From Eledone cirrhosa (lineage: Eukaryota), in NCBI GenBank assembly GCA_964016885.1, contig OZ024740.1, forward strand, positions 331,266,001 to 331,330,000: DNA of 64,000 nt. Reading direction: 5' to 3'. Made by a program: the position numbers and the translations under genes. Below the pieces are notes generated by a model. The model made no database searches, was not told the DNA's origin, and was given only the letters and a program-made list of their open reading frames with translations. Below are positions 1 to 13,600 of this stretch, one piece after another. The stretch's first letter is position 1. Each line of letters opens with the position of its first letter.

Positions 1-127
1 GTTATAGTTTGAACTGTGTGAAATGTGAAAGCTGGTATAGTGTGTATGAGTTTGTTCATATACGTTGTTTTAACAATTCATTTTCCGATTACTACTAACA
101 AAGTTTATATACATGTTTGAGTGTGTG

Positions 128-168
<41 letters not shown>

Positions 169-3100
169 ATATAGAGATGAATTAACATTACGACAGTAAT
201 ACTTTAACTTCAAAATAAAGGAAGCTATGGTTATCTATAGGTATACTATGGTTGTTTTATTAATATTGAATTATTTGCGCCTGGTGAACGCTAGGTAAAC
301 GCTAGAATACACTGGTGAACGCTAGGCTATATCAGAAATTCCTTTCCATAACAATGGTGGTCTTGCAAAGCATACATCGTATGAGGACAACACCTACACA
401 TTCAACATATCGAAACAGTTTTCGTCTGAGAGAATTTCGAATTATTTTCTGTAGTATTGATAGTCACAAAAATGCTGTGCAATTATTTTGCTATTTTCAT
501 ATTTTGTAATTATCCTTTCTAATTAGCGCAATTAATATTACAATATTTTCAAGTAAATTTCGAACGTTTTAATAATTTTTTTCTGTGTGGTTGTAGATTC
601 AACTTTAATTATCCCTATCACAGTTGTTCAAATAGTTCACAGCGTGCATTCAAGAAAACTATTACAATTCATATATAATGACATATATGTAGTTGATGTG
701 AGGTGAAACATAACTGAAATCCTGGCATACCAGAATAAACGCAGTGTTCATGAATTCATTTAGATATTGGAAATGTTTTCAATTTTGATTCATTTTGTTC
801 ATAATAACATTATATGTAATATATTAAATTATATAGCCTGACATGTATGTTTATGTTTAAATGGTCACATTCCAATTATCAGGTGTGCCCTTCGTATTAT
901 TTTGTAATAAAATGTCTATGAGTTTGCAATGCGATGAACATGTTTTATCAAATATGATATCTAATGGGAGTGTATGTGAGTGTACTGAGTGTTACACATA
1001 TTTACACGCACTGTTGACGGAGGTAAACATGTCTGAGACAATCAGCGGGAGTAGAAAGTAATACTATATCCGAATCAGTGTATAAGCACTCTAAGTAAAC
1101 CGAAAATATAACACATTTACTCCGACACTGTCCCGTTTTCTTCATTTCACCCTCCAAAATTAAAGTACTCTTATACATCTAATCGGGTTTGCTAAATAGT
1201 TTATGTAATCTACAGTCTGAAATATGAATCACGTTTTAAATGCAGCAGAATTATTACATGTGACATGTCTTTCAATGAATCATAGTTTTGTTATATTATA
1301 AATAGAAATTTGGGACTATTCAACTAAAGCGTGGAGAAGTAATAGCAGCATTATGGTTTGGAAAACGTACTTAGTAAAGTGAGCATTCTTAAAATTGTGC
1401 AAATGCTGGGAATATTTAGACAAATGTGTGTACAATAAAGTAACAATTGCCAAAAATTGTCTTGAAAAATTCCGTTTGTATACTTTCTAAAGAAATTATT
1501 TTGTATAGCGAAGATTCGTTAGAAAAGTTAAATGGTGGAATAATTAAAACGTGTATTCTAGTAATTAGAATGATATTGAACCAGAAATGTATTGAATGAA
1601 ATGTGTGTTGTTGGTATATTTAATAGAATTGAAGATTTCACATTAATTTTGCAAATAATAATTTCAAATAATCTTGCTGAATATGAATATTGAATGAACG
1701 ATCACCATAACTGTATCACTAATAATTCAAACTAGCATTCAATGAAGAATAAAATTGTAAATACAGTGAAATTTGAAACTTTGAATGGGAAAATATGTAG
1801 ACATTACATAGCTGATACGAGTAATAGCCAGTAAATGATGAACTACTCATCTTTGATAATATGTTGTGCCATTCACACTATGTATAATATATTTTAAATG
1901 TTCAGAGGAAAATATTAAATACATTTACATGTGATAAGAAACGGACGAAATATAACTGAATATTAGTTGTAACATGAGTTGTGAAAACTTGTTTCTGAAT
2001 TGTTATGGAAAACTACAGTTCATTGAACAAATACTTGTTATCTAAAAAGTTAGCAAAGAAAAAAAAAAGGAAAAGGGAAACAACTCGAGAAATATTACAG
2101 GATCTGGGTATTAACAAATATTAACAGGCAATCATAAAGAAATAAAGTAATAGCATAGAGGGAAAGCATTGTGAATTCGGGAATGATTATATACAGACAA
2201 CAATAAATCCGTAGGCAATGGTAGATCAATATACGTCACGTGAATAATCTGACAATCATTTCAAAGTGATGAATAACACGTGTTCCACACATAGATGCCT
2301 AGCCACTCCGAATAAATCAGTAGGAGAATTAATTAAATCTACCTAAGTGCATTCAGGCATTTAACTTATTTTATTAACTCCGGAGGGGTGAATAGCAAGT
2401 ATAGGCTCCACCGTACTTGAAATTCGAATTTAACGAGACTTAATTAAATACATATTTCTTCAAAATTCCACTGATTTTATCTTCAAGATTCCTCTAAAAT
2501 ACAGCATTTAATACCATTTATTATTACAACTATATAGTGAGGTGATAAATTATGATGATAATCTTATAGATATTCTTCAAGTATTGGGGTTCACTAAGCA
2601 AAGGCATGGTCTCAAAATCACAAGCTTTTAAACATTGACGCTAATCATTATCAAATTCTGAAATTAAAAATTTGTGCTGAAATTTTTGTTAGCGATTTAT
2701 CATAACATCCTCAATCTATGAAACGCCTCTGTATTCATGTCAATTATTGATACCTGGATTAACCTATTCCCTACCTATATAACGAAAGTAAAACCAAGTG
2801 TATTCACAACGCAATAAATATGAAAATAATTAGTTAATTATTCCATTATGAAAGGGGATAAATCAAAATATTTGGATGAATTCTCCGTATAATGAGATTA
2901 GTGAATTTGATATTCCATTTATAATTCTAAAATAATTATTTGGGAAGGCAATCAAGGCTTAATGAAGAAATAATAAATTGGCGTACCTGGACAAGATTAA
3001 TCGTAGTTTGTTTCTAAAGCATCATCCTTAAACAAGGTATAGTGTAGTTTGAGGGAACGATAGATATGAGTGTGTTAAATATAATATTTATCGTGCTGTC

Positions 3101-3265
3101 ATAAAATAGCATCGAATTAGATACAGGAAAAATATGCTAAACTATATTCTTTATAACTATAACAAGGGATTCTTTTACTACATGTGCTAAACATTTATAT
3201 TGCGTTTATTTCACATTTTAATGTTCTATTTACACTGCTGTAGACTTCAGAACAATCACGCTATC

Positions 3266-3480
<215 letters not shown>

Positions 3481-3699
3481 TGAGTATTATTCGTATGAAA
3501 TCGCTATACTTAAATATATACACAAGTAAATACATACTTGCATCAAACGTTATCAGCGAAGAATAATGCACCCTCAAAAACTTGTCGCCGATAGACTATT
3601 TGATTTTTGAATGTCATTACAGCATTTGTACCGGTTTTTTTAATCTGTCGTCAGGTCTTTCTACCTTTTCCCAAGTTCATTTCTATGGCCTTTTCATAT

Positions 3700-3771
<72 letters not shown>

Positions 3772-4134
3772 CCTCTTTCTTTTCCCTCTGGTTGTCTTTC
3801 TTCCTCTCGTTCTTTATCTGCCTCTTGCTCTACATCTACATCTATCATCCTCTATTCCTATAGAGGTTTGAGAAAGGCAGATAATTGGAAAAGTAAATGA
3901 CCAGAATAATTCGTATCTATAAAACAAATTAAATTAATTGTATTTAGTTTATATTACAGACAATGAAATGCATGGCAATTAATGTTAACCTTACATTTCT
4001 AGTGATGTGAGGTATAATAATATATTGGTTGTGTGCATTCTCGTCTCTATTTTCAGATTATTGGTCCCTTACAGGTACATTGAATTACAATGTTTGTACA
4101 CCTACGCGTTCGCAGGCACATACACATATATGTG

Positions 4135-4193
<59 letters not shown>

Positions 4194-4479
4194 ATTTATA
4201 TATATATATATAAACGGAGAAAATGAAACGAAATTTCATTTTCCACTCTTAGTACGGCTGTTACTTAAATATAAGTATGTACACGTACATACATATATGT
4301 ATACAGACGTACAGTAGTATGTATATATATATACATACATGCACAAATATATATATATGTACGTATGGATTCACCGCACATTTATTACAATGCTCGGTGT
4401 GTTTGTAAACAAACATCCCGTATTAAGCCGTAGTGTCTAGCAACCATCGTTGCTCGTTTGTTCAACACTGACAAAGGAA

Positions 4480-4520
4480 CGCTGTACTAGCTTCAAGCTT
4501 ATTAGCTATCATCAGCAACG
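4480..4520 (-). ncRNA. Minimal hammerhead, GAAA mutated to GAAG
   Basis: cguug-CUGAUGA-uagcu aaua agcuu-GAAG-CUAG-UA-cagcg. Confidence 0.7.
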
Positions 4521-4895
4521 TATACCTTCCTGCTAGATTGTTGAACGTATATACTAACCTTATGCATATTAACGGCTGAGTAGCCCAATTTGCATATCGA
4601 GTGGGTAAATCGGCCGGGTGTACCGAAAACGATAAACGGAAAAAATGAAACGAAATTTCTTTTTCCACTCTTAGAACGGCTGTTACTTAAATATAAGTAT
4701 GTACACGTACATACATATATGTATACAGACGTACAGTAGTATGTATATATATATACATGCACACATATATATATGTACGTATGGATTCACCGAACATTTA
4801 TTACAATGCTCGGTGTGTTTGTAAACAAACATCCCGTATTAAGCCCTAGTGTCTAGCAACAATCGTTGCTCGTTTGTTCAACACTGACAAAGGAA

Positions 4896-4936
4896 CGCTG
4901 TACTTGTTTCAAGCTTATTAGCTATCACCAGCAACG
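4896..4936 (-). ncRNA. Minimal hammerhead, core mutated to CUGGUGA
   Basis: cguug-CUGGUGA-uagcu aaua agcuu-GAAA-CAAG-UA-cagcg; its mutations differ from those of the 4480 copy, so the consensus is intact. Confidence 0.7.
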
Positions 4937-5082
4937 TAATACGGGATGTTTGTTTACACCGAGCATTGTAATAAATGTTCGGTGAATCCATACGTACATA
5001 TATATATATGTGTGCATGTATGTATATATATATATACATACTACTGTACGTCTGTATACATATATGTATGTACGTGTAAATA

Positions 5083-5100
<18 letters not shown>

Positions 5101-5115
<15 letters not shown>

Positions 5116-5967
5116 ATGTATATATAATGTATTTTGCAATACACTTTATGCTTAATTAAAAGCATTTTGAAGACCGTAAGCTATTGTTTTAAAGTAGTGA
5201 CAAATTCACTCACTTTGATCTCAGCAAACAGGGGAGATAAGGCGACAAGGCTTGTTTTGCTTTGGTTGAAGCTTATCAAGGCCAACTACCCCACCTGTTT
5301 ACTGAGATCATTGATGTTATAATCTTATAGAAATCTAGTAAATAATCAGGAGCTGATTATGCAGAGCGGTTGTTGGTCAGGCAGAAATTAGAAATTAGAA
5401 TTGGAGCTCTGAAATAGCAATATATATATATGGATGTATATATAATGTATTTTGCAATACACTTTATGCTTAATTAAAAGCATTTTGAAGACCGTAAGCT
5501 ATTGTTTTAAAGTAGTGACAAATTTGTCACTACTTTAACACAATAGCTTACGGTCTTCAAAATGCTTTTAATTAAGCATCAAGTGTATTGCAAAATACAT
5601 TATATATACATCTATATATATATATTGCTATTTCAGAGCTCCAATTCTAATTTTTAATTTCTGTCTGATCAACAACCGCTCTGCATAATCAGCTTCTGAT
5701 TATTTACTAGATTTCTATAAGAATATAACATCAATAATCTCAGTAAACAGGTGGGGTAGTTGGCCTTGATAAGCTTCAACCAAAGCGAAACAAGTCTTGT
5801 CGGCTTATCTCCCCTGTTTGCTGAGATCAAAGTGAGTGAATTTGTCACTACTTTAAAACAATAGCTTACGGTCTTCAAAATGCTTTTAATTAAGCATAAA
5901 GTGTATTGCAAAATACATTATATATACATCCATATATATATTGCTATTTCAGAGCTCCAATTCTAAT
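5101..5967. mobile_element. Palindrome of ~316-bp tandem units carrying a U3-A8 hammerhead
   Basis: Left arm 5101-5520 is the reverse complement of parts of the right arm 5521-5967; TTGCTATTTCAGAGCTCCAATTCTAAT recurs at 5625 and 5941. Confidence 0.8.
5762..5805 (+). ncRNA. Type-I hammerhead, U3-A8 core variant
   Basis: ggcc-UUGAUAA-gcuu caacca aagc-GAAA-CAAGUCUUG-UC-ggcu; stem I extends via aaacagg/ccuguuu. Decayed copy on minus at 5240-5283. Confidence 0.88.
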
Positions 5968-6416
5968 ATATATATATATATATATGTAAAGGGATGTAAG
6001 GTTCTATACAAAACAATGGTTATATAGAAAAGGTGAGATTGGAAATAGCACGGAAAATATATTCAATTTTTTTATTTTTCTAAGTGTTTAGGAAAGTTTT
6101 TTCATCTTCCTCGTTGACAAGGAGACTGGAAATGAACTATTGTGTATATATAGGGAGGTGTAATCATAAAGTAGCAGCAGCAGTGGTGGTAGGTGTGTGT
6201 TTGCATAGAACAAAATTGATTTTAAGGGCGAAGGAAATATTCTGTAAGTATGTGCGTGTATCTCAGTTGTCTTAATGAAATGGTCAAGAGGTGAGATGGG
6301 TTTAGCGCGGCGGGGAATTGTAAGCTAGAGAGAAATACTATGGGATTGGCAATAATAGGGTTGTAAAAGATATTCTATATCTGGAATATGGTTTTAGAGA
6401 AAGTGTAGTGTGAGAG

Positions 6417-6492
<76 letters not shown>

Positions 6493-6493
6493 C

Positions 6494-6557
<64 letters not shown>

Positions 6558-6641
6558 CCGTGTGTGTGTGTGTATATATATATACTATAGAGTAAAGCAT
6601 GTTCCAGATAATTATTTGATAATATATATATACATCATCTC

Positions 6642-6703
<62 letters not shown>

Positions 6704-6710
6704 TCATCTC

Positions 6711-6794
<84 letters not shown>

Positions 6795-6799
<5 letters not shown>

Positions 6800-8186
6800 A
6801 TGAAACAAAGTTCTGTTTAAATCATTTATCTGCTTACAATTGTTTCTTCCAAACCGAGGTTTGCAGTCTTCGGAGCAATTATTCAGTGATTTGTAACATA
6901 CTTGACCTCCTTTTCAACACAACAGACATATATAAACATATGTATATATTGACCCACAGTGGGTTGACATCCATTATAATAATATAGCAGGGTAATTTAC
7001 ATACAAAGAGCACAGTCATATTAAAGGACAAAGTTAAAGTTAAAATTAAAATTAAAATAAAAATAAAACATTGGCAGTCTACTAAGATAAAGCAAAAGGA
7101 AAGTTTGGAGTAGCCAGTGTATGTAACAGTCACACGTGTGGCATGGACGCGTGTCCTATTTATACAAGATGTATAAATACTACTTAATGAACTTTAGGAT
7201 AATAAATTTAGCTATAGAAATCAGCTAGTTACCTCCCCTTACGCAATTACTCCCCTTAATCACACACACACTTCCGGAATATAATACGATGTCATCTCTC
7301 ACAACAAAAACAACCTGCTATATAGAATCGAATTAAAGAACGACAAGCTGTGATGTTCTAGCATGGTTCACCAGGCACCCAATGTTGAATCATCGTGGAT
7401 TGTGAGATGGACATGTAGTCTATAAATTGCGTTTCCTGGATTGTGAGAGTGGTGGTGTGTACGAGGACAGTGGTGCTGTTTTGCTTCTCATTTGTAATAT
7501 TTTTGATATTTTTGGTGTTTCTCCACACAGGGGCTTCTATATCGTACAGGTATGTGTGAATAATGCTTTACCAGTTCAGCCCCCATGATGCTCTTAATTG
7601 GCTGCTTTGACTGCTTGTTTTACTTGTAACAATCTGCCGCACTATAATCGTGTATAAATAGGACACGCGTGCATGCCACACGTGTGACTGTTACATACAC
7701 TGGCTACGCCAAACTTTCCTTTTGCTTTATCTTAGTAGACTGCCAATGTTTTATTTTAATTTTAATTATAATTTTAACTTTAACTTTGTCCTTTAATATG
7801 ACTGTAATCTTTGTATGTAAATTACCATGCTATATTATTATAATGGATGTCAACTCACTGTGAGTCAATATATACATATGTTTCTATATGTCTGTTGTGT
7901 TGAAAAGGAGGTCAAGTATGTTAAAAATCACTGAATAATTGCTCCGAAGACTGCAAACCTCGGTTTGGAAGAAACAATTGTAAGCAGATAAATGATTTAA
8001 ACAGAACTTTGTTTCATGTAATCTCTATATAACTGCTCTGTAAAACAACTGATGTTGTTACATTGAGCTATTTATCTTACTGGTAATAAGATAGTAATAA
8101 ATTACTGTCTTTCACTATCTAGGGTATAATATATATATAACTATAAAAGGTTTTAGTATATACATAACCATAAATAGTATCCTTAA

Positions 8187-8190
<4 letters not shown>
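6795..8190. mobile_element. Fold-back non-autonomous Penelope-like insertion
   Basis: About 370-bp inverted repeat, roughly 6795-7165 / 7652-8025, with a hammerhead-like motif in each arm; microsatellite flanks. Confidence 0.78.
7940..7986 (+). ncRNA. Hammerhead-like motif, CCGAAGA core variant, palindromic stem III
   Basis: ugcu-CCGAAGA-..caaac cucg guuug..-GAAA-CAAUUG-UA-agca; identical copy on minus at 6831-6877. Confidence 0.68.
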
Positions 8191-8226
<36 letters not shown>

Positions 8227-8228
8227 CC

Positions 8229-8946
8229 ATGGACGAGTTCTCTCCAGCGGTCTCTGTCCCTCATCATCGCTGCCATGTCCTGCATCTCCAAAGGACGCAG
8301 TGGACTACTGTATGCCCCTTCGTTGGAGAAACACCAGGACTCTGGCTTTACTGTAACAGCGGTTCAGAGCAGGAGATTTAAGGCGAAAAAGATGTCAGAT
8401 GCTGAATTTGCCGACGACATATTTCTGGTGACAAACACAGTGAAGGAGGCAGAGGAGTTGCTGCAGGAGGTAGAGACTGTGTGGATGAGTGTGGGGCGGA
8501 GAATAAATGAAAGTAAGACGAAGTATCTGGTAGAGAACATAAAGAAGCTAGAGAAGATTACTAATGTAGGCGGGAAGCCGCTGGAATTGCTTGAGGACTT
8601 CCTGTATTTGTGACCAAAGATTGGGAATACAGATGATGTGGTCGAGAGGAAGAGCAAAGCCTGGGCGGCTTGCCACAGTTTGAGATCGGTGTAGAAGTCG
8701 GAGTTTCGTAAAGACTTGAAGATCCATCTCTTATTTGTCTGTGCCGCTGTACAGGCCTGAGACTTGGACACTGACCAAGAAACGCACTCAGATGCTGGAC
8801 GGGTGCTACACGAGAATGCTGAGTATGGCTCTGAACATTAATCAGTATACACTGAGGATGAAGCACTCAGAGCTGTACGAGAGCGTCCCAAAAGTCAGCT
8901 AGGGTGTAGCCCAGAGGAGACTGAGGTTAGCTGGTCATGCTCACCG

Positions 8947-8948
<2 letters not shown>
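8229..8948. mobile_element. RTE-type LINE fragment with 5' inversion
   Basis: Plus strand 8291-8948 encodes EFADDIFLV...INESKTKY...EDFLYL...AGHAHRH; minus strand 8229-8290 encodes the C-terminal MQDMAAMMRDRDRWRELV. Confidence 0.8.
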
Positions 8949-9018
<70 letters not shown>

Positions 9019-9051
9019 TGAGAAAAACTACAGAGCCTCCATCTCAACTCT

Positions 9052-9089
9052 ACGTTTGAAAAGCAGAAGAACTGCGAAACCTGTAAAGG
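9052..9089 (+). ncRNA. Hammerhead, UUGAAAA (U3-A8) core
   Basis: UUGAAAA-gcag aagaa cugc-GAAA-CCUG-UA-aagg; lies in a ~210-bp dispersed repeat (9015-9222) also present at 26590-26800 on minus. Confidence 0.68.
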
Positions 9090-9239
9090 AATCAAATAAA
9101 TATATATTTTTTTTTTTAAATAAGACTCCAGTTGCATTTTCGATTTCATCTTTTTTTCTTTATACTTTCACTCGTGTAGGACACTATGGTTATTTTTCAT
9201 TTGTAAAAAAACCCTCACTTTATAATATATATATATATA

Positions 9240-9470
9240 TATATAAAACTGATGTTGTCTGTGCGTCCTCATTTTTGTAAAGTCTATACAAATCCACATT
9301 GCTACACCGATTGACTTAAAACTTGCATTTATACATTCCTTGGGGTCTAAAGATATTAACTGCCACTTTCTTTTTTCAATTTTCTGTTGTTAAAGGGTGT
9401 TAGGCGCCGGTTATCCATCTCCGTCGCGCTCTTATAATATCTGTTTGTATGCTTGGCTATCTGCATAACG
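9240..9470 (+). mobile_element. Non-autonomous Helitron-like 5' segment
   Basis: TATATAAAA start and GTCTGT repeats; homologous to 30575-30830 on minus. Confidence 0.5.
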
Positions 9471-9626
9471 TCATTCTGTCGTATTATATTCGCTACATTC
9501 ACTCACAGACACGCGCGCGCACGCACACACACACATACACACACACGCGCGCATATACATGTACATATATACCTATATATACATATATATTTACACATAT
9601 ATATATAAACACACACATATATACAC

Positions 9627-9703
<77 letters not shown>

Positions 9704-9804
9704 CAAACACATAAAAATATATGTATATATATACACACACACATATAATTATACATATATATATACATACACACAAACATATTTATATATATATATGCAT
9801 ACAT

Positions 9805-9840
<36 letters not shown>

Positions 9841-9845
9841 GTATC

Positions 9846-9898
<53 letters not shown>

Positions 9899-9944
9899 AT
9901 AAAATGTGGAGAGGAAGCACACGAGTTAGGATATATATATATAT

Positions 9945-10515
9945 ATATGAAAACAGGGAGAGAGAGACGATTATTAGGAAGAAAAATATATTTTGTTCCT
10001 TTTTTATTTCTCTCTCTCTTCATGGAATCATGGATCAGCTAATCACTCTTGCTATATTAACACATTTTGATCTGCTTTACTTCAAGAACTATGCCTGTAA
10101 ATAACATTATTTTTTTCTTTCACATTGACTTTTTATGCTCTACATTACGACCGTTTTTTTGGTTTTTTTTCTGTTTTCTTTCATTTCATAAACCTTCTTT
10201 GTAAATAACATTATTCTTTCTACACCTTCTCTTTAACATGTGCGACACCACACTAATACATTTCACTATCATTTGATACTGCATAAAAATGCTGAAACCG
10301 ATAATAGACAATTATTAAATATAAAAATAGATAAATAAATGCCATTGTTAAATAATAAATAATAAATAAATCAACTAATACCTTAACAGTTCACACAAAG
10401 TAAAACATTTCATTTTAATTATTTTCTAACCCAGAAAAGAGAGAGAGAAATAAAAAAGGAAAAAAATATATTTTTCTTCCTAATAATCGTCTCTTTCTCC
10501 CTGTTTTCATATATA
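9945..10515. mobile_element. Fold-back element with ~75-bp inverted termini and an internal decayed hammerhead
   Basis: 9948-10020 is the reverse complement of 10437-10510; TTGATAC-tgcat/atgct-GAAACCGATA at 10273-10303. Confidence 0.55.
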
Positions 10516-10786
10516 TATATATATACACAGATACATTGTAGGTAGCTTTAACCCGTCTTTTATTATTCAAAATACTTCTTGCCTATAAACATTAACCCTT
10601 TGTGCGCCATTTATCTAACTGTAGACCAACAAATACCAAGTAAACGCAGCGTTGACAAGAACGATGGCAAATGAATCTTCGAGGTAAGCAGTTTCCTCCC
10701 GAGCTGTTAGTGCACGCGGGATTTTCTACTACACCTTTTCGTAATAATACTGAACAACGTACTGCTTCCTCCAAAAGCCGTACAAA

Positions 10787-10880
<94 letters not shown>

Positions 10881-10883
10881 TTA

Positions 10884-10957
<74 letters not shown>

Positions 10958-10964
10958 ATAAGAA

Positions 10965-11165
10965 CAGATTAAAGTTTAAAGTTTAAGCAAAGAATCGCTG
11001 CTTTCAACATTAACGGGATCTTCTGAAACTAAACAAATTTAATCTGTGAACGCAGAAGAAGTAAATATTTCGAGAAACGTTGCAACCGAAGGAAAACAGG
11101 AAGGCGATATTTTGGATCGTGAAGACGCTCCCTGGTAATGAACGGAAAAAAGCGAGGATAATAAG
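10965..11165 (+). repeat. Dispersed repeat, also at about 14855-14962 and 30362-30560
   Basis: Shared AAGCAAAGAATCG...TTAACGGGATCTTCTGAAACTAAA...CTGTGAACGCAGAAG; each copy is near Helitron-like ends. Confidence 0.75.
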
Positions 11166-11529
11166 TTGTTATGTGGTCCGAGAAGAACAATTTCATGCAA
11201 AGACAAGACCAAGTTTATGGTATAAATGGAGTCGTTATACTAATATTATTTAAAATAATAATGATTTCCAGCCCCGGAGTTTAAGAGTGATGTAAATAAA
11301 ACTGAAAACGAAAATGACAGAGGTTATTAAAATAGTAAAAGTAAATAGTGAAGATTTAGGCCAGTACATACGTATGCCCCGACGGACATACACATACATA
11401 CGCACACACAAATACATACACACCCACAACACACACACACACACACATCACACACACACACACGCACACACACACGCACACAAACGCACACACACACGCA
11501 CGCACGCACGCACGCACGCACGCGCATGT

Positions 11530-11970
11530 ATAAACCTTATGCATTTCTACAGTATTTTCACCAAACTTAAGACATAGGTTACTCATGTACTCCGGATGGT
11601 CATGGGCACTTTCATTTTTCCAGATATTGATTATAGGGCCTCCCGGCAGATGACCCCTTTAACCACTTTAACCACTTCCTTGGAGTCGACTGAAGTACTG
11701 CAGTGCAATGGAACAAAACGTCATAACTTCTGGAGTTCGCAACCCATTTTCACAAAACTTGACACATGGGCTACATGTGTCCTACAGATGAATGTGAACT
11801 CTCAGAATTGGCACATATTGAGTAGGGAACGTCTGGGGGCAGGAACCCCCTTTTGGAAAAAGCCGATGATTTTGTAAAAGTATAGTTTTCGAAGCAGCAC
11901 TGAAGTATTCACATAAATGGTATACACAACTGCTATTTAATACTCGAGAAACGCCGGGTACCTCTGCTAG
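11530..11970 (+). mobile_element. Non-autonomous Helitron, 3' part
   Basis: Ends in CTCGAGAAACGCCGGGTACCTCTG-CTAG|T (subterminal hairpin plus CTAG). Confidence 0.7.
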
Positions 11971-12038
11971 TATATATATATATATATATATTATGTACTT
12001 TTCCGTCGATATCCGACGTTTGAGTGTCCAACAAAAGT

Positions 12039-12665
12039 TCAGCTCTCTGGATGGTGGTGTCTCATGTGACATTTCAATCCAGCCAGTGACCTAACATAGA
12101 TCTTGTTCAAGCCACATAGGTCGCAAGAACAAGAGTTTATGGAGAGTCTTGCAGGTATCAAAGCCCGTTTTTTCGTCCGTATTTTGTCAACAAACAATTT
12201 CTCTATGCGACTGGATTCAAAGCTTTTGACTGCACTATGGCACCTTTCTTTCAAGTCCTTTCTGTCAGCCGCAATTTGTTCGCAATCACGGAAAGGGATT
12301 GCAAGAACAGTGAAATTTGTTTTTTTACTTATCCTTATATCGTAGCCATGGTCTACCAGCCTTTCTGTTGCCACTGCTATACTGACCATACATGAGGACT
12401 TTTCGATTTCTATCGTCACTCATGCGGCTGACATGGCCAGCCCAACGAAGCTGAAATTGTATAAGGAAAGTTTCAATTCCCCCAATGTTGAAATTTGTTA
12501 GGATATCGGCGTTGGAGATGTTATCTTCTCGAACATGACTACGGTTGCATCTCAAACATTCCTTGTGGAACACATCCAGCTGGTTTGTGTGTGACCGGTA
12601 TGGTGTCCAGTATTCTGATCCATAAAGTAATGTGGTCAGATCAACTGCCTTATACACTTGCACTT
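12039..12665 (-). mobile_element. RTE (BovB-like) LINE 3' fragment
   Basis: VYKAVDLTTLLYGSEYW, QLRWAGHVSRMSDDR, GRPWLRYKD and C-terminal CDLCG...GLKCHMRHH zinc finger. Confidence 0.88.
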
Positions 12666-12739
12666 TCGTATTTAGTTTTATATATATTTACATATATACA
12701 TGTAAAATTTGGCTTCGCTTATTATAAATTGTAAATTCT

Positions 12740-12792
12740 CTGCTACATAAATTTCAGTGACAGCTATTATTGGCTGTGACCTCTTCAGGCAG
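12740..12792 (-). ncRNA. Hammerhead ribozyme
   Basis: cugc-CUGAAGA-ggucacagc..gcugucacu-GAAA-uuuaug-UA-gcag. Confidence 0.72.
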
Positions 12793-13277
12793 TCCGAATT
12801 GGTGTGGAAAAGACAGGTACATATGCTGTTGAAGTGTGTTCCACTCTGTCAATACATCGATATGTCTAGCTCCTTGGTGTATTGTTAGTCCTCCGAGGAA
12901 CTGAAATCATATGGGTTAGAACAAACGAATTTCAGCGTCAGAGGACACGCTCGTATCCCATTGATCAGTTGTCAGACCACTCCACAGTCGAAAATCTATA
13001 GAAATTCTTCTGAGGTAGGTCAGCCTGTTATAGTTGTTTTTTCTCAGAATGTTTAAGTACAGCTGACCTCCTTTACTGTGTTAGTAGTGGTAGTGGTGTT
13101 AAAAGGTCAGCTAGCAGGTCGACCTTAGTATACTGCTGCTATGGTCTGAGGAATTTATGTTTGTAGACTGGCATCTATCCTGCCACCATTTCGCGTGGTG
13201 GGGGATGCCAAACAAATAAAGAATGTGTGTGTGTTACAAACAATATAAAAAAATTGGAAAAATATAAACTGAAATAA

Positions 13278-13600
13278 AAACCTGTGTGTCAGAATCGAGA
13301 AATGTAAAGAATTACAATTCTTATTTTAGCATAGAGTACGTACGTGTGATTGTCCTTCAGCGCGCACCGTTGCGCGTGCACACGTATAAACACTGCTCGG
13401 TGCATTCACCTATTTACGTCCACACAATCCAACAAAAGATGGGTGCGTTTTAAAAACAAATGAGGTAAAACTGGAGTGAAAAATAAAATATCGAAAAACC
13501 TGTGTATCAAAATCCAGAAGTGTAAAGGACTACAATTCTTATTTCAGCATAAAGTACATATGCGTGTATGTACGTCAACGCACACCGTTGCAAGCACACA
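13278..13600. repeat. Diverged direct repeat, period about 218 bp
   Basis: AAACCTGTGT...TACAATTCTTATTT...CACCGTTGC at 13278 and 13496. Confidence 0.6.

Larger units (their letters stand above)
4210..5095 (-). mobile_element. Tandem ~416-bp hammerhead-bearing units plus terminal inversion (retrozyme-like / non-autonomous PLE)
   Basis: Direct repeat 4210-4520 vs 4633-4937; inverted segment 4938-5095; hammerhead in each unit; (TA)n flanks. Confidence 0.75.

Noticed and set aside
1-3200. Coding or TE assignment for the first 3 kb
   Set aside because: AT-rich with no convincing motif other than a decayed SINE near 2300-2430.
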